This document shows, one piece after another, positions 36,604 through 45,104 of a stretch of DNA of 46,246 nt; the first letter of the stretch is position 1; each line of letters begins with the position of its first letter. Origin of the DNA: an uncultured Gammaproteobacteria bacterium. Lineage in GTDB: Bacteria; Patescibacteriota; Microgenomatia; UBA12405. The stretch spans positions 1-46,246 of the forward strand of contig CAZSQT010000014.1 in NCBI GenBank assembly GCA_964609295.1. Direction: 5' to 3'. The notes beneath the pieces were generated by a model. That model worked only from the letters and a program-made list of their open reading frames with translations, was not told where the DNA came from and made no database searches. The position numbers and the translations under genes are program-made.

Positions 36604-38161
36604 AAAAATATTTTTTATACTAATTTTAGCCTTAATACTCAGAAGTATTTTTATCAATACCACTCCCGCTCTCAATCCTGACGAAGCAGCCCTTGGCTAC
36701 AATGCTTATTCTATTATTAAAACCGGTAAAGATGAACATGGCCACTCTTTTCCTCTTCATCTAAAATCCTTTGGTGATTATAAACCCGCTTTTTATACCT
36801 ATCTTAGTATTCCAAGTATTGCCATTTTTGGACTTAATCCTTTTTCAGTTAGATTACCAAACATTATTCTTTCTGTTTTAGCAATTTATTACACTTATCT
36901 ACTAATTTATCTATTAACTAAAAACAAAAAACTAGCCCTATTAACCGCTCTAATTTTAAGTATCTCTCCTTGGCACATTCATTTTTCTCGTGGCGCTTGG
37001 GAATCATCCACTGCCTTATCTTTTATCATTATCGGCACCTATTATTTTTTTAAAGATAAAAAATATTTATTTATCCTTTTCTACGCCCTCTCTCTCTACA
37101 CTTACCATTCCGCCCGTCTTATTGCTCCACTATTAGCCCTAACTCTACTAGTCACCAATTACCATTTACTAATTACCAACTTAAAGAAATGGTTTTTACC
37201 ACTTCTTTTTGGTATTTTAATCTGCATTCCTGTCCTTTTTTCTTTTCTCAACAATGGTGGCACTGCTCGATTTTCTGGTGTCGGTATCACCGCCGACAAA
37301 GGCCCACTTAATAGAAGTGAGGAGCTTTTAAATCACCACAACAACGTTAAACTCATCAATAGAGTTATTCACAACAAAAGAGTCCTTTATATTCTTTCTT
37401 GGTCAGAAAAATATCTTTCTCATTTTAATTTTAATTTTCTTTTCAATGAAGGTGATGCCGTCCCACGCTCCAAAATACCCAATATGGGACTTTTGTATCT
37501 TATCGAATTACCTCTCTTAATATATGGCATTTACAAATCCCTCCAAAGTTCTAAAGTTCTAAAGCTCCAACGTTCCAACTCTCTATTTCTCCTCTGGCTT
37601 CTTATTGCTCCTATCGCCTCTAGTATAACCTTTCAAGCCCCCAGCGCCCTCCGGGCCCTTTTTATGATCATCCCTTTAACTTACTTTATCGCCCTTGGTA
37701 TTTATCATTTACCCAAAATTAGTCACTATGTGCTACTTCCCCTTTATATTTTTTATTTTGCCTTTTATCTCCATTCTTACTTTGTCCAATATGTCAAAAT
37801 CTATCCTTTTGCTTGGAATTATGGATTTTCGAAAGTTGTTCCCTATGTCCAAGACAATAAAGATAAATACGATCACATCTATTTCACCAACAAATACGAT
37901 CAACCATATATTTTATATCTCTTTTTTAGCCAATATGATCCAGTCAAAATTCAAAATCAAATAGAGTTAACTCCTCCCGATCAATTTGGATTTCAAACCG
38001 TCGATCACATTGATAACATTACTTTTTTTATTCCCCAACAATACGACAAAATTGAAAGCAATTCTTTGATTGTCGCTTCAGATGAAATCATTCCCTTATC
38101 TACCAAAAAAAACTTTATGTTCCCCGACGGTTCTTCGGGGTATAATATATATATCAAATGA
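36593..38161 (+). CDS. Polytopic GT-C membrane glycosyltransferase, PMT_2-like family A
   Basis: Motifs: NPDEAALGYNAYSIIKTGKDEHGHSFPLHLKSFGDYKPAFYTYLSIP, SPWHIHFSRGAWESS, FLFNEGDAVPRSKIP. The start is set at ATG 36593 (MKIKKIFF), the same TATGAAAA junction as at 35062. The track start at 36575 is a TTG extension. Confidence 0.75.
   Translation: MKIKKIFFILILALILRSIFINTTPALNPDEAALGYNAYSIIKTGKDEHGHSFPLHLKSFGDYKPAFYTYLSIPSIAIFGLNPFSVRLPNIILSVLAIYYTYLLIYLLTKNKKLALLTALILSISPWHIHFSRGAWESSTALSFIIIGTYYFFKDKKYLFILFYALSLYTYHSARLIAPLLALTLLVTNYHLLITNLKKWFLPLLFGILICIPVLFSFLNNGGTARFSGVGITADKGPLNRSEELLNHHNNVKLINRVIHNKRVLYILSWSEKYLSHFNFNFLFNEGDAVPRSKIPNMGLLYLIELPLLIYGIYKSLQSSKVLKLQRSNSLFLLWLLIAPIASSITFQAPSALRALFMIIPLTYFIALGIYHLPKISHYVLLPLYIFYFAFYLHSYFVQYVKIYPFAWNYGFSKVVPYVQDNKDKYDHIYFTNKYDQPYILYLFFSQYDPVKIQNQIELTPPDQFGFQTVDHIDNITFFIPQQYDKIESNSLIVASDEIIPLSTKKNFMFPDGSSGYNIYIK
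37543..37582 (+). repeat. Degenerate octanucleotide tandem array (ccaaagtt ctaaagtt ctaaagct ccaacgtt ccaactct) inside the family A GT-C gene
   Basis: Read directly. Consensus is C-Y-A-A-N-N-Y-T x5. It encodes SSKVLKLQRSNS. Confidence 0.7.
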
Positions 38162-38964
38162 AAAATAACAAAATAAAGCTCTCTATCGCTCTTGCTACTT
38201 ACAATGAAGAAAGTAATATCAAAAAATTTTTGGAAAATTTTTCTGATATCGGTGATGAAATTATTATTGTTGATGGTCAATCTAGCGACAATACTGTCAA
38301 AATTGCCCAAAAATACCCAAAAGTTAAAATCATATCAACCACCAACAAGCCAATGTTTCACTTAAACAAACAAATGGCCATTGATGCTTGTCAAGGTGAT
38401 TGGATTCTTCAAATGGATGCTGATGAGTTATTGACTCCTCAACTTAAAAAAGAAATAAAATCAATTGTTGGACAAAATCCCGAGGAAATAGAATATAACG
38501 GTTTTTGGATTAAAAGAAAAAATTTTTTCTTGGGATCTTTTTTAAAAAAAGGTGGTGTCTATCCTGATCCTACTATTCGTCTCTACAAAAATGGCAAAGG
38601 CCATTTACCTTGCCAAGATGTTCACGAACAAGCCCACATAGATGGTAAAATCGGCTGGCTCAAACACGATATGGAGCATTATGCCGACCCATCCTTTTCT
38701 CGATATCTACTTCGTGCCAATCGCTACACCACTCTTTTGGCCCAACAATTAAAAGAACAAAAAGTGCCTCTAAATTTTTCTTCTTTTTTTAAATATTACT
38801 TTCTTTTACCAAATTGGTGGTTTTTTAAAACATTTTTTAGACACCGTGGTTTTATGGACGGACTTCGCGGTTTTGTCTTTTCTTATTTTTCTGCCCTTCG
38901 TTTTCCTATTGCTTACACCAAATATTATGAATTAAAACAAAATATAACTCAAGGATGGGCATAA
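38158..38964 (+). CDS. GT2 glycosyltransferase (WaaE/KdtX-like subfamily)
   Basis: 268 aa. Motifs: LSIALATYNEESNI, IIIVDGQSSDNT, MDADEL, GLRGFVFSYFSALRFPIAYTKYYE. ATGA overlap with the upstream gene. Confidence 0.75.
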   Translation: MKNNKIKLSIALATYNEESNIKKFLENFSDIGDEIIIVDGQSSDNTVKIAQKYPKVKIISTTNKPMFHLNKQMAIDACQGDWILQMDADELLTPQLKKEIKSIVGQNPEEIEYNGFWIKRKNFFLGSFLKKGGVYPDPTIRLYKNGKGHLPCQDVHEQAHIDGKIGWLKHDMEHYADPSFSRYLLRANRYTTLLAQQLKEQKVPLNFSSFFKYYFLLPNWWFFKTFFRHRGFMDGLRGFVFSYFSALRFPIAYTKYYELKQNITQGWA

Positions 38965-38965
38965 T

Positions 38966-39988
38966 ATGAAAATAGGCGTTATCGGTTCACCCCTCCAAGA
39001 TGGCAATAAAATTCGTGGTGTTGGTTTCTACACCAAAAACCTTTTTGAAAATTTAAAAAATACTGACTTAATTACCAGTTACCAGTTACCAATTACCAAT
39101 TACGATCTCATCCACTATCCCTTTTTTGACCCCTTTTCTCCGACTTTAAAAATATTCAAAACTCCCACCATCGTTACTGTCCACGACCTTATTCCTCTTC
39201 AATTCAAAAAACATTTTCCAGTTGGTGTTAGAGGTATTATCAACTGGTATCGACAACTTTTTAATCTTCGCCGTGCCACAGCCATCATTACTGTCTCCAA
39301 TTACTCCAAAAAAATAATACATCAAATTACCAAAATACCTTTAGAAAAAATTCATGTCACTTACTTGGCTCCAGATAAATTTTGTAAACCAATTACTGAC
39401 AAAAAATTTCTCCAAAAAATTAAAGAAAAATACAAATTACCTTCAAAATTTGTCCTATATGTAGGGGATATCAATTGGAACAAAAACATTCCCTCGCTTG
39501 TTAAAATATGTCAAAAATTAAATTATCCTCTAGTTATTGTAGGCTCTAGTGCTGTCAAAAAAGATGTTCCCAATCATCCTTGGACACAAGATATCCTCTA
39601 CCTCCAATCAAAATCTAAAGATCTAACGCTCCAAGGTTCTAACACTCTAATATTCACCGGTTTCATCCCCGACGAAGAACTTCCTGCCATTTACTCTCTA
39701 GCCACTATCTATTGCCAACCATCTCACGCCGAAGGCTTTGGTCTCCCTCCTCTTCAAGCCATGGCCTGTGGCTGTCCTGTCATCTGCAATTTTCAAACTT
39801 CCTTAAAAGAATTATATGAAAAATACTCCCTTCCTTTTGATAAAGAAAGTTTCAAAAAATTATGGAACAATTCAAAACTCAGATCAAAATATTCTCAACT
39901 TGGCTTAAATTATTCTAAAAATTTTTCTTGGTCAAAAACTGCTCAAAAAACTCTTCAAATTTATGAAAAATATCAAAAAACAAAATAA
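38966..39988 (+). CDS. GT4 (GT-B fold) glycosyltransferase
   Basis: 340 aa. Motifs: TVHDLIPLQF, FVLYVGDINWNKN, FTGFIPDEELPAIY, HAEGFGLPPLQAMACGCPVICN. The gene contains a 7-nt tandem repeat at 39072-39103. Confidence 0.8.
   Translation: MKIGVIGSPLQDGNKIRGVGFYTKNLFENLKNTDLITSYQLPITNYDLIHYPFFDPFSPTLKIFKTPTIVTVHDLIPLQFKKHFPVGVRGIINWYRQLFNLRRATAIITVSNYSKKIIHQITKIPLEKIHVTYLAPDKFCKPITDKKFLQKIKEKYKLPSKFVLYVGDINWNKNIPSLVKICQKLNYPLVIVGSSAVKKDVPNHPWTQDILYLQSKSKDLTLQGSNTLIFTGFIPDEELPAIYSLATIYCQPSHAEGFGLPPLQAMACGCPVICNFQTSLKELYEKYSLPFDKESFKKLWNNSKLRSKYSQLGLNYSKNFSWSKTAQKTLQIYEKYQKTK
39072..39103 (+). repeat. Heptanucleotide tandem repeat (TTACCAG x2, TTACCAA x2, plus partial TTAC) inside the GT4 gene 38966-39988
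   Basis: Read directly: ttaccag ttaccag ttaccaa ttaccaa ttac, encoding ITSYQLPITNY. The unit length is not a multiple of 3. Confidence 0.85.
39615..39654 (+). repeat. Second copy of the degenerate octanucleotide array (ctaaagat ctaacgct ccaaggtt ctaacact ctaatatt) inside the GT4 gene
   Basis: Read directly. Nt 39614-39649 match 37550-37585 at 31 of 36 positions, in the same codon phase. It encodes SKDLTLQGSNTL. Confidence 0.65.
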
Positions 39989-40724
39989 TCACTTTTTATC
40001 TCTAATAGTTCCTGTCTACAAACAAGAAAAAACTATCAAAAAAGATATCTTAAATATCTTAAAAACTCTTTCTCAAATTCGTTACAATTATGAAGTTATT
40101 GTTGTTGTGGACGGTCTTTTTGTTGACACTTCTTATTTTATTTTAAAAAAAATAAAACAACCCAAACTCAAATTAGTTGCCCTAAAAAGAAATCATGGCA
40201 AGGGTTTCGCCATCAGAAAAGGTATGAGTCAAGCTAAAGGCGATTATATCGCTTTTATTGACGCCGGTATGGAGATTGACCCCAACGGTATTTCAATGAT
40301 TTTGGAACACATGGAATGGTATAACGCCGATATTATTGTCGGCTCCAAAAGACATCCGGCTTCACAAATATCTTATCCATTGGAAAGAAAAATTGTCAGT
40401 TTTTTTGCTCAAATTTACGCCAAATATTTTCTAGGGCTCAACATCACTGACACTCAAGCAGGCCTAAAAATATTCCGCAAAAAAATTCTCCAAAAAGTTT
40501 TACCAAAATTATTGGTCAAACAATATGCTTTTGATCTAGAAATTCTCTCGGTTGCTAATCGTTATGGTTTTAAAAGAATCTATGAAGCCCCCATCAAACT
40601 AAATTATAGTTTTGAAAGTTTAACTCATGCCAGTGGTCTCAAAATTTTATGGAAATCTTTAATTGACTCCCTGGCTGTTTTTTATCGATTAAAAATTCTT
40701 CGCTATTATGACCCCAAAAATTAA
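39963..40724 (+). CDS. GT2 glycosyltransferase, DPM1/GtrB-like polyprenyl-phosphate sugar synthase
   Basis: 253 aa. Motifs: LSLIVPVYKQEKTI, VVVDGLFVD, NHGKGFAIRKG, FIDAGMEID, IVGSKRH, ITDTQAGLKIF. Confidence 0.7.
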   Translation: MKNIKKQNNHFLSLIVPVYKQEKTIKKDILNILKTLSQIRYNYEVIVVVDGLFVDTSYFILKKIKQPKLKLVALKRNHGKGFAIRKGMSQAKGDYIAFIDAGMEIDPNGISMILEHMEWYNADIIVGSKRHPASQISYPLERKIVSFFAQIYAKYFLGLNITDTQAGLKIFRKKILQKVLPKLLVKQYAFDLEILSVANRYGFKRIYEAPIKLNYSFESLTHASGLKILWKSLIDSLAVFYRLKILRYYDPKN

Positions 40725-41667
40725 ATTTTCTATCATTATTCCTATTAGGATAGAAAATGATTATCTCAAAGAAACACTACAAAAATTAAAATTACAAAGC
40801 TTTAAAAATTTTGAAGTATTGGTAATTACCGATAAAATTAGCAAAAAATCTTCTCCTGCTTACAAAAGAAACCTTGGCGCAAAAATGGCAAAAGGCCAGT
40901 TTTTAGCTTTTATTGATGATGATTCTTATCCACACCGACACTGGCTTAAAAATGCCTCTAAAATTTTACAAAAATACAAAAATCTCGCTGCTGTTTGTGG
41001 CCCTTGTCTTACTCCACCCAAGGATAATATTTATCAAAAAGCTTCTGGTTTAGTCTGGAGTAGTCTACTTGGTAGTGGGGGAGCCGGTACCTACCGTAAC
41101 CAAATTAGTTCCGCTCGCTTTGTTGATGATTTTCCTTCAGTCAATCTCATTGTCAACAAAGAAGATTTTGTTAAGGTTAAAGGATTTGATACTCATCACT
41201 GGCCAGGTGAAGACACTATTCTTTGTCTCAATCTAACTAGTAAGCTCAATAAAAAAATCCTCTATCATCCATCAATTAGGGTGTATCATCATCGCCGTGA
41301 AGTTATCAAAAAACATCTTCAACAAATTACTCGTTATGCTCTTCATCGCGGTCTTTTTGCTCGAATTTATCCGCAAAATAGCCGTAAAATAGGATATTTT
41401 TTACCAAGCCTATTTTTTGTATATCTCATCACCCTACCTATTACCAAAATTTTTTGGCCCTTATATTTATATCTAATTCTCTTATTTGCTAATTTACTTA
41501 ATTATTTATTCACTTATCCATTTTATTTATCCCTACTCGCTACTATCACCATCCCCATAACCCATATATACTATGGAGTGTTATTTATTAAAGGCTATTT
41601 TTCAAAAAATCTAGATTTTAATCCCCACCATGTCAACAAAAAAACCGGCAAATACATCGGCGGTTAA
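40708..41667 (+). CDS. GT2 glycosyltransferase with a C-terminal membrane anchor (about 3 TM)
   Basis: 319 aa. Motifs: FSIIIPIRIEND, AYKRNLGAKMAKGQFLAFIDDDSYP, WPGEDTILCLNL. C-terminal hydrophobic IGYFLPSLFFVYLITLPI...LYLYLILLFANLL...ITHIYYGVLFI. Confidence 0.7.
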   Translation: MTPKIKFSIIIPIRIENDYLKETLQKLKLQSFKNFEVLVITDKISKKSSPAYKRNLGAKMAKGQFLAFIDDDSYPHRHWLKNASKILQKYKNLAAVCGPCLTPPKDNIYQKASGLVWSSLLGSGGAGTYRNQISSARFVDDFPSVNLIVNKEDFVKVKGFDTHHWPGEDTILCLNLTSKLNKKILYHPSIRVYHHRREVIKKHLQQITRYALHRGLFARIYPQNSRKIGYFLPSLFFVYLITLPITKIFWPLYLYLILLFANLLNYLFTYPFYLSLLATITIPITHIYYGVLFIKGYFSKNLDFNPHHVNKKTGKYIGG

Positions 41668-43039
41668 GATTGCTATTTCTTATCCTCCCTTAGTTTCCAA
41701 AAAAGGTCGTCCCTTTTTGTCCCAAAATCGCCAATTTCAATGGACTAATACCAAAAATATTATTTACCCTGTTGTCCCTGCTTCAGCTGCTACTCTTTTA
41801 AAATCAAAAGGTTATCAAGTTTTTTGGGATGATGCTATCGCCCAAAATCTTTCTTTTAATCAATGGTTTATTAGATTAAAAAAAGAAAAACCTGATTATA
41901 TCGCTATCGAAAGCAAAACACCTGTTATCAAAAAACATTGGCAAATAATTAAAAAAATTAAAAAAAATCTTCCGGAAACAAAAATTATTCTTATGGGAGA
42001 TCATGTTACTGCCCTACCACAAGAATCCTACAAAAATTGCCCTATTGATCACATTATTATTGGTGGCAATTATGATTTACTTCTCTTAGATTATATCTCT
42101 GGCAAAAAAAATAATCTTAGCGTCCAAAATTTACCCCAAATTGATCGTCAATTAACACAATGGCAATTGTATGCCTATCAAAATACTAATTTTAAATATC
42201 GCCCTGGTGCTTATACCATGTTTGGCCGAGATTGTTGGTGGGGGAGATGTACTTTCTGCTCCTGGACTACTCTTTTTCCCGGAAAATGTTACCAATCTTA
42301 TACTCCAAAACAAGCCTTCAATGAAGTAAAAAATCTAATAAAATTAGGTGCTAAAGAAATTTTTGATGATTCCGGTACTTTTCCAGTAGGTAATTGGCTT
42401 AAAGAATTTTGCCAACTTATCATAAAAAACAATCGGGCAACTGGCAAGCATATTAGATTTGGTTGTAATATGCGTTTTGGTGCCTTAAGTGAAAAAGATT
42501 TTAAACTAATGCATCAAGCTGGATTTCGTTTTATGCTTTTTGGTCTCGAATCAGCCAATCAAAAAACCTTAGACAAAATCAATAAAAATAATAAAGTAGA
42601 AAATATTATCCCCACCCTAAAACTTTGTAAAAAATATCACATTGATGCTCATCTGACTGTTATGGTTGGTTACCCTTGGGAAACAAAAAAAGAATTAGAC
42701 AAAACTATTAATTTTGTTCGTCAAATATTTAAACAAAATCTAGCTGCCAGCCTTCAAGCAACTATTATTATCCCTTATCCAGGAACACCACTCTTTAAAT
42801 ACTGCAAAAGAAAAAAACTTCTTTTAACCAAAAATTGGGATAAATACGATATGCGTCAAGCAATTATAAAAACCAAAAATCCTAAATATCTAAAAACTGC
42901 AGTTCAAAATTTATTTAAAACAATTATTACTCCTCGATATATTTTAGGAAAAATTTTCAATATTAGATCAGTTAGCGATATTAAGTTTTTATTTTTTTAC
43001 GCTATTAAATATTTAAAAAAATTAAATGATTTCCGTTAG
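41630..43039 (+). CDS. Radical SAM enzyme with an N-terminal cobalamin(B12)-binding-like domain (class B-like)
   Basis: 469 aa. Rossmann-like N-terminus DYIAIESKTPVIKKHWQIIKKIKKNLPETKIILMGDHVTALP. Cys triad GRDCWWGRCTFCSW at nt 42233-42259. Later FGLESANQKTLDKINK and MVGYPWET are typical of radical SAM TIM-barrel strands. Confidence 0.75.
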   Translation: MSTKKPANTSAVKIAISYPPLVSKKGRPFLSQNRQFQWTNTKNIIYPVVPASAATLLKSKGYQVFWDDAIAQNLSFNQWFIRLKKEKPDYIAIESKTPVIKKHWQIIKKIKKNLPETKIILMGDHVTALPQESYKNCPIDHIIIGGNYDLLLLDYISGKKNNLSVQNLPQIDRQLTQWQLYAYQNTNFKYRPGAYTMFGRDCWWGRCTFCSWTTLFPGKCYQSYTPKQAFNEVKNLIKLGAKEIFDDSGTFPVGNWLKEFCQLIIKNNRATGKHIRFGCNMRFGALSEKDFKLMHQAGFRFMLFGLESANQKTLDKINKNNKVENIIPTLKLCKKYHIDAHLTVMVGYPWETKKELDKTINFVRQIFKQNLAASLQATIIIPYPGTPLFKYCKRKKLLLTKNWDKYDMRQAIIKTKNPKYLKTAVQNLFKTIITPRYILGKIFNIRSVSDIKFLFFYAIKYLKKLNDFR

Positions 43040-44021
43040 TTTTATTATTCCTACCTTAAATGCCCAAAAAGTTTTGGGCAAATGTCTTCGCTCTATTGCC
43101 AAACAAAAAACAAAATTAAAATATGAAATTATAATCGCCGATGGTGGTTCAACTGACAAAACTATCTCTATTGCCAAAAAATTTAAGGCCAAAATAATAA
43201 AAAATCCATTAAAAACTGCTGAAGCCGGTAAAGCAGTTGGTGTTAAAAAGGCTAAAGGTCAATATATTTGCCTTATCGACTCTGACAATATTATCCCCAC
43301 CAACAACTGGCTAGAAAAAATGATTTTACCTTTTTCTGACAAAAAAATTATTGGTAGTGAACCAATATCTTTTACTTATCGAAAAAATGCTGGCCTTATC
43401 GAGCGTTATAGTGCTCTTATCGGTGCTAATGACCCCTATGCTTTTGTGACTGGGATTTATGATCGTCAAAATTTTATAAATTTTCGGTGGACAGATCTAA
43501 AATTAGAAACAAAAAATTTTAAAGATTATCTAAAAATAAAATTAGAAAAAAACAAAGCCATTCCTACTATCGGTGCCAATGGCACAATTTTTCGCAAATC
43601 ATTATTTAAAAATTTTAAATTAGATTATTTATTTGACATTGACTTATTAACTAATTTACTCATAACTAATTCGCCATTATATTTTGCCAAAGTTAAAGTT
43701 GGTATTATCCATACTTATTGCGAAAACAACATAAAAAAATTTATTAGAAAACAAAATAGGCGAATTGTCGATTATTATACTTATCAAAATCTAAGAACCT
43801 TCAATTGGACTACTACAAGCCCCACTAAATTTATTTTTTATACTATACTAATTTTTCCCCTTATTTATCACTCTTTTGTTGGTTTTATTCATAAACCAGA
43901 TACCGCTTGGTTTTTCCACTTACCCGCCTGCCTTATAACTCTTTATGTTTATCTCATCAATTTTGTCAAAAAAAAATTAAATATTATCAAACCCCTAAAT
44001 AGAGACAAATGGCAACAATAA
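43026..44021 (+). CDS. GT2 glycosyltransferase with C-terminal TM helices
   Basis: 331 aa. Motifs: VSFIIPTLNAQKVL, IIIADGGSTDKT, AGKAVGVKKAKGQYICLIDSDN. C-terminal hydrophobic FIFYTILIFPLIYHSFVGFI and FFHLPACLITLYVYLINFV. Confidence 0.7.
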   Translation: MISVSFIIPTLNAQKVLGKCLRSIAKQKTKLKYEIIIADGGSTDKTISIAKKFKAKIIKNPLKTAEAGKAVGVKKAKGQYICLIDSDNIIPTNNWLEKMILPFSDKKIIGSEPISFTYRKNAGLIERYSALIGANDPYAFVTGIYDRQNFINFRWTDLKLETKNFKDYLKIKLEKNKAIPTIGANGTIFRKSLFKNFKLDYLFDIDLLTNLLITNSPLYFAKVKVGIIHTYCENNIKKFIRKQNRRIVDYYTYQNLRTFNWTTTSPTKFIFYTILIFPLIYHSFVGFIHKPDTAWFFHLPACLITLYVYLINFVKKKLNIIKPLNRDKWQQ

Positions 44022-45103
44022 AAAAAACTATTTTAATGATTAGTCCTTTTTTTCATCCCAATATTGGTGGAGTAGAAACTCATCTCTCTGACTTGGTTAC
44101 AACATTATCCAAAAATCACAAAATTTTTGTTCATACTTATTCACCAATTACTACTCCCAATGTTTTGTATCGTAAATTTGAAAAACATAAAAATTTAGAA
44201 ATTCATCGTTATCCTTGGTTTGGCAAATCTTTGTTTCACAAATTAGAAAAATTTCCTTTGTTTGATTTTCTCTATCTCACCCCATATCTTTTTTTACGCA
44301 CTTTTATCTGGATGATATCCAATCACCAAAAAATTGAAATCATTCACTCACATGGCTTTAACGGTGCCTTTTGCGGTCTCTTGTTAAGTAAAATTTTCAA
44401 CAAAAAACACATCGTCAGTACTCATGCTATTTACGACAATATCACTACTTCTACTATTCTCAAATACACTCTAAATAATTCCAATCATATTTTATGTTTA
44501 TCCAAAGCTTCTGCCAAACAACTAATCAATTGGGGTATTGATCAAAACAAAATATCAGTTTACAAATATTGGATTGATTTAAATATTTTTAAACCAATCC
44601 AAAAAAAAACAACTAATTTTTCTGTCTTATTTGTCGGTCGTTTAATTGAAAAAAAAGGTATAAAAATACTAGTTAACACCGCCAAATTGTTACCCCAAAT
44701 TCAATTTGTTTTTATTGGAACTGGTCCACTTGGGGATTATCTAAAAAATCTAAAAATTAAAAACATTGTATTTTTGGGAAAAATAGAAAACAAAAAACTA
44801 CCAAAATTTTATGGTAAATACCATATTTTTTGTGCTCCATCTTTGTATGAAGAAGGTTATGGCAGAGTTGTTATGGAAGCAGTTGCTTGTGGTACTCCTG
44901 TCATCGCCAGCAATAGGGGAGGTCTGCCAGAGGCTCTAGACAATAATGTCGCCATTTTAATCAAACCAACTAATTCAACAACTCTCAAAAAAGCCATTTT
45001 AACAATGCAAAAAGATTATCAAAAATATCAAAAAAAATGTCGCCCCTATGCCCTTAAAAATTTTTCAACTAAAAATTTAAATCTAATTACCAAATATTAC
45101 TAA
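44009..45103 (+). CDS. GT4 (GT-B fold) glycosyltransferase
   Basis: 364 aa. Motifs: MISPFFHPNIGGVETH, FVGRLIEKKGI, YEEGYGRVVMEAVACGTPVIASNRGGLPEAL. Confidence 0.8.
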   Translation: MATIKKTILMISPFFHPNIGGVETHLSDLVTTLSKNHKIFVHTYSPITTPNVLYRKFEKHKNLEIHRYPWFGKSLFHKLEKFPLFDFLYLTPYLFLRTFIWMISNHQKIEIIHSHGFNGAFCGLLLSKIFNKKHIVSTHAIYDNITTSTILKYTLNNSNHILCLSKASAKQLINWGIDQNKISVYKYWIDLNIFKPIQKKTTNFSVLFVGRLIEKKGIKILVNTAKLLPQIQFVFIGTGPLGDYLKNLKIKNIVFLGKIENKKLPKFYGKYHIFCAPSLYEEGYGRVVMEAVACGTPVIASNRGGLPEALDNNVAILIKPTNSTTLKKAILTMQKDYQKYQKKCRPYALKNFSTKNLNLITKYY

Positions 45104-45104
45104 A

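Noticed and set aside
43968-44609. A9 homopolymer tracts inside GT genes (43968-43976 and 44601-44609), plus many A7-A8 runs, as phase-variation switches
   Set aside because: Poly-A/T runs of this length occur throughout this Lys-codon-rich, very AT-rich sequence. They are not specifically placed near 5' ends, so there is no evidence beyond composition.
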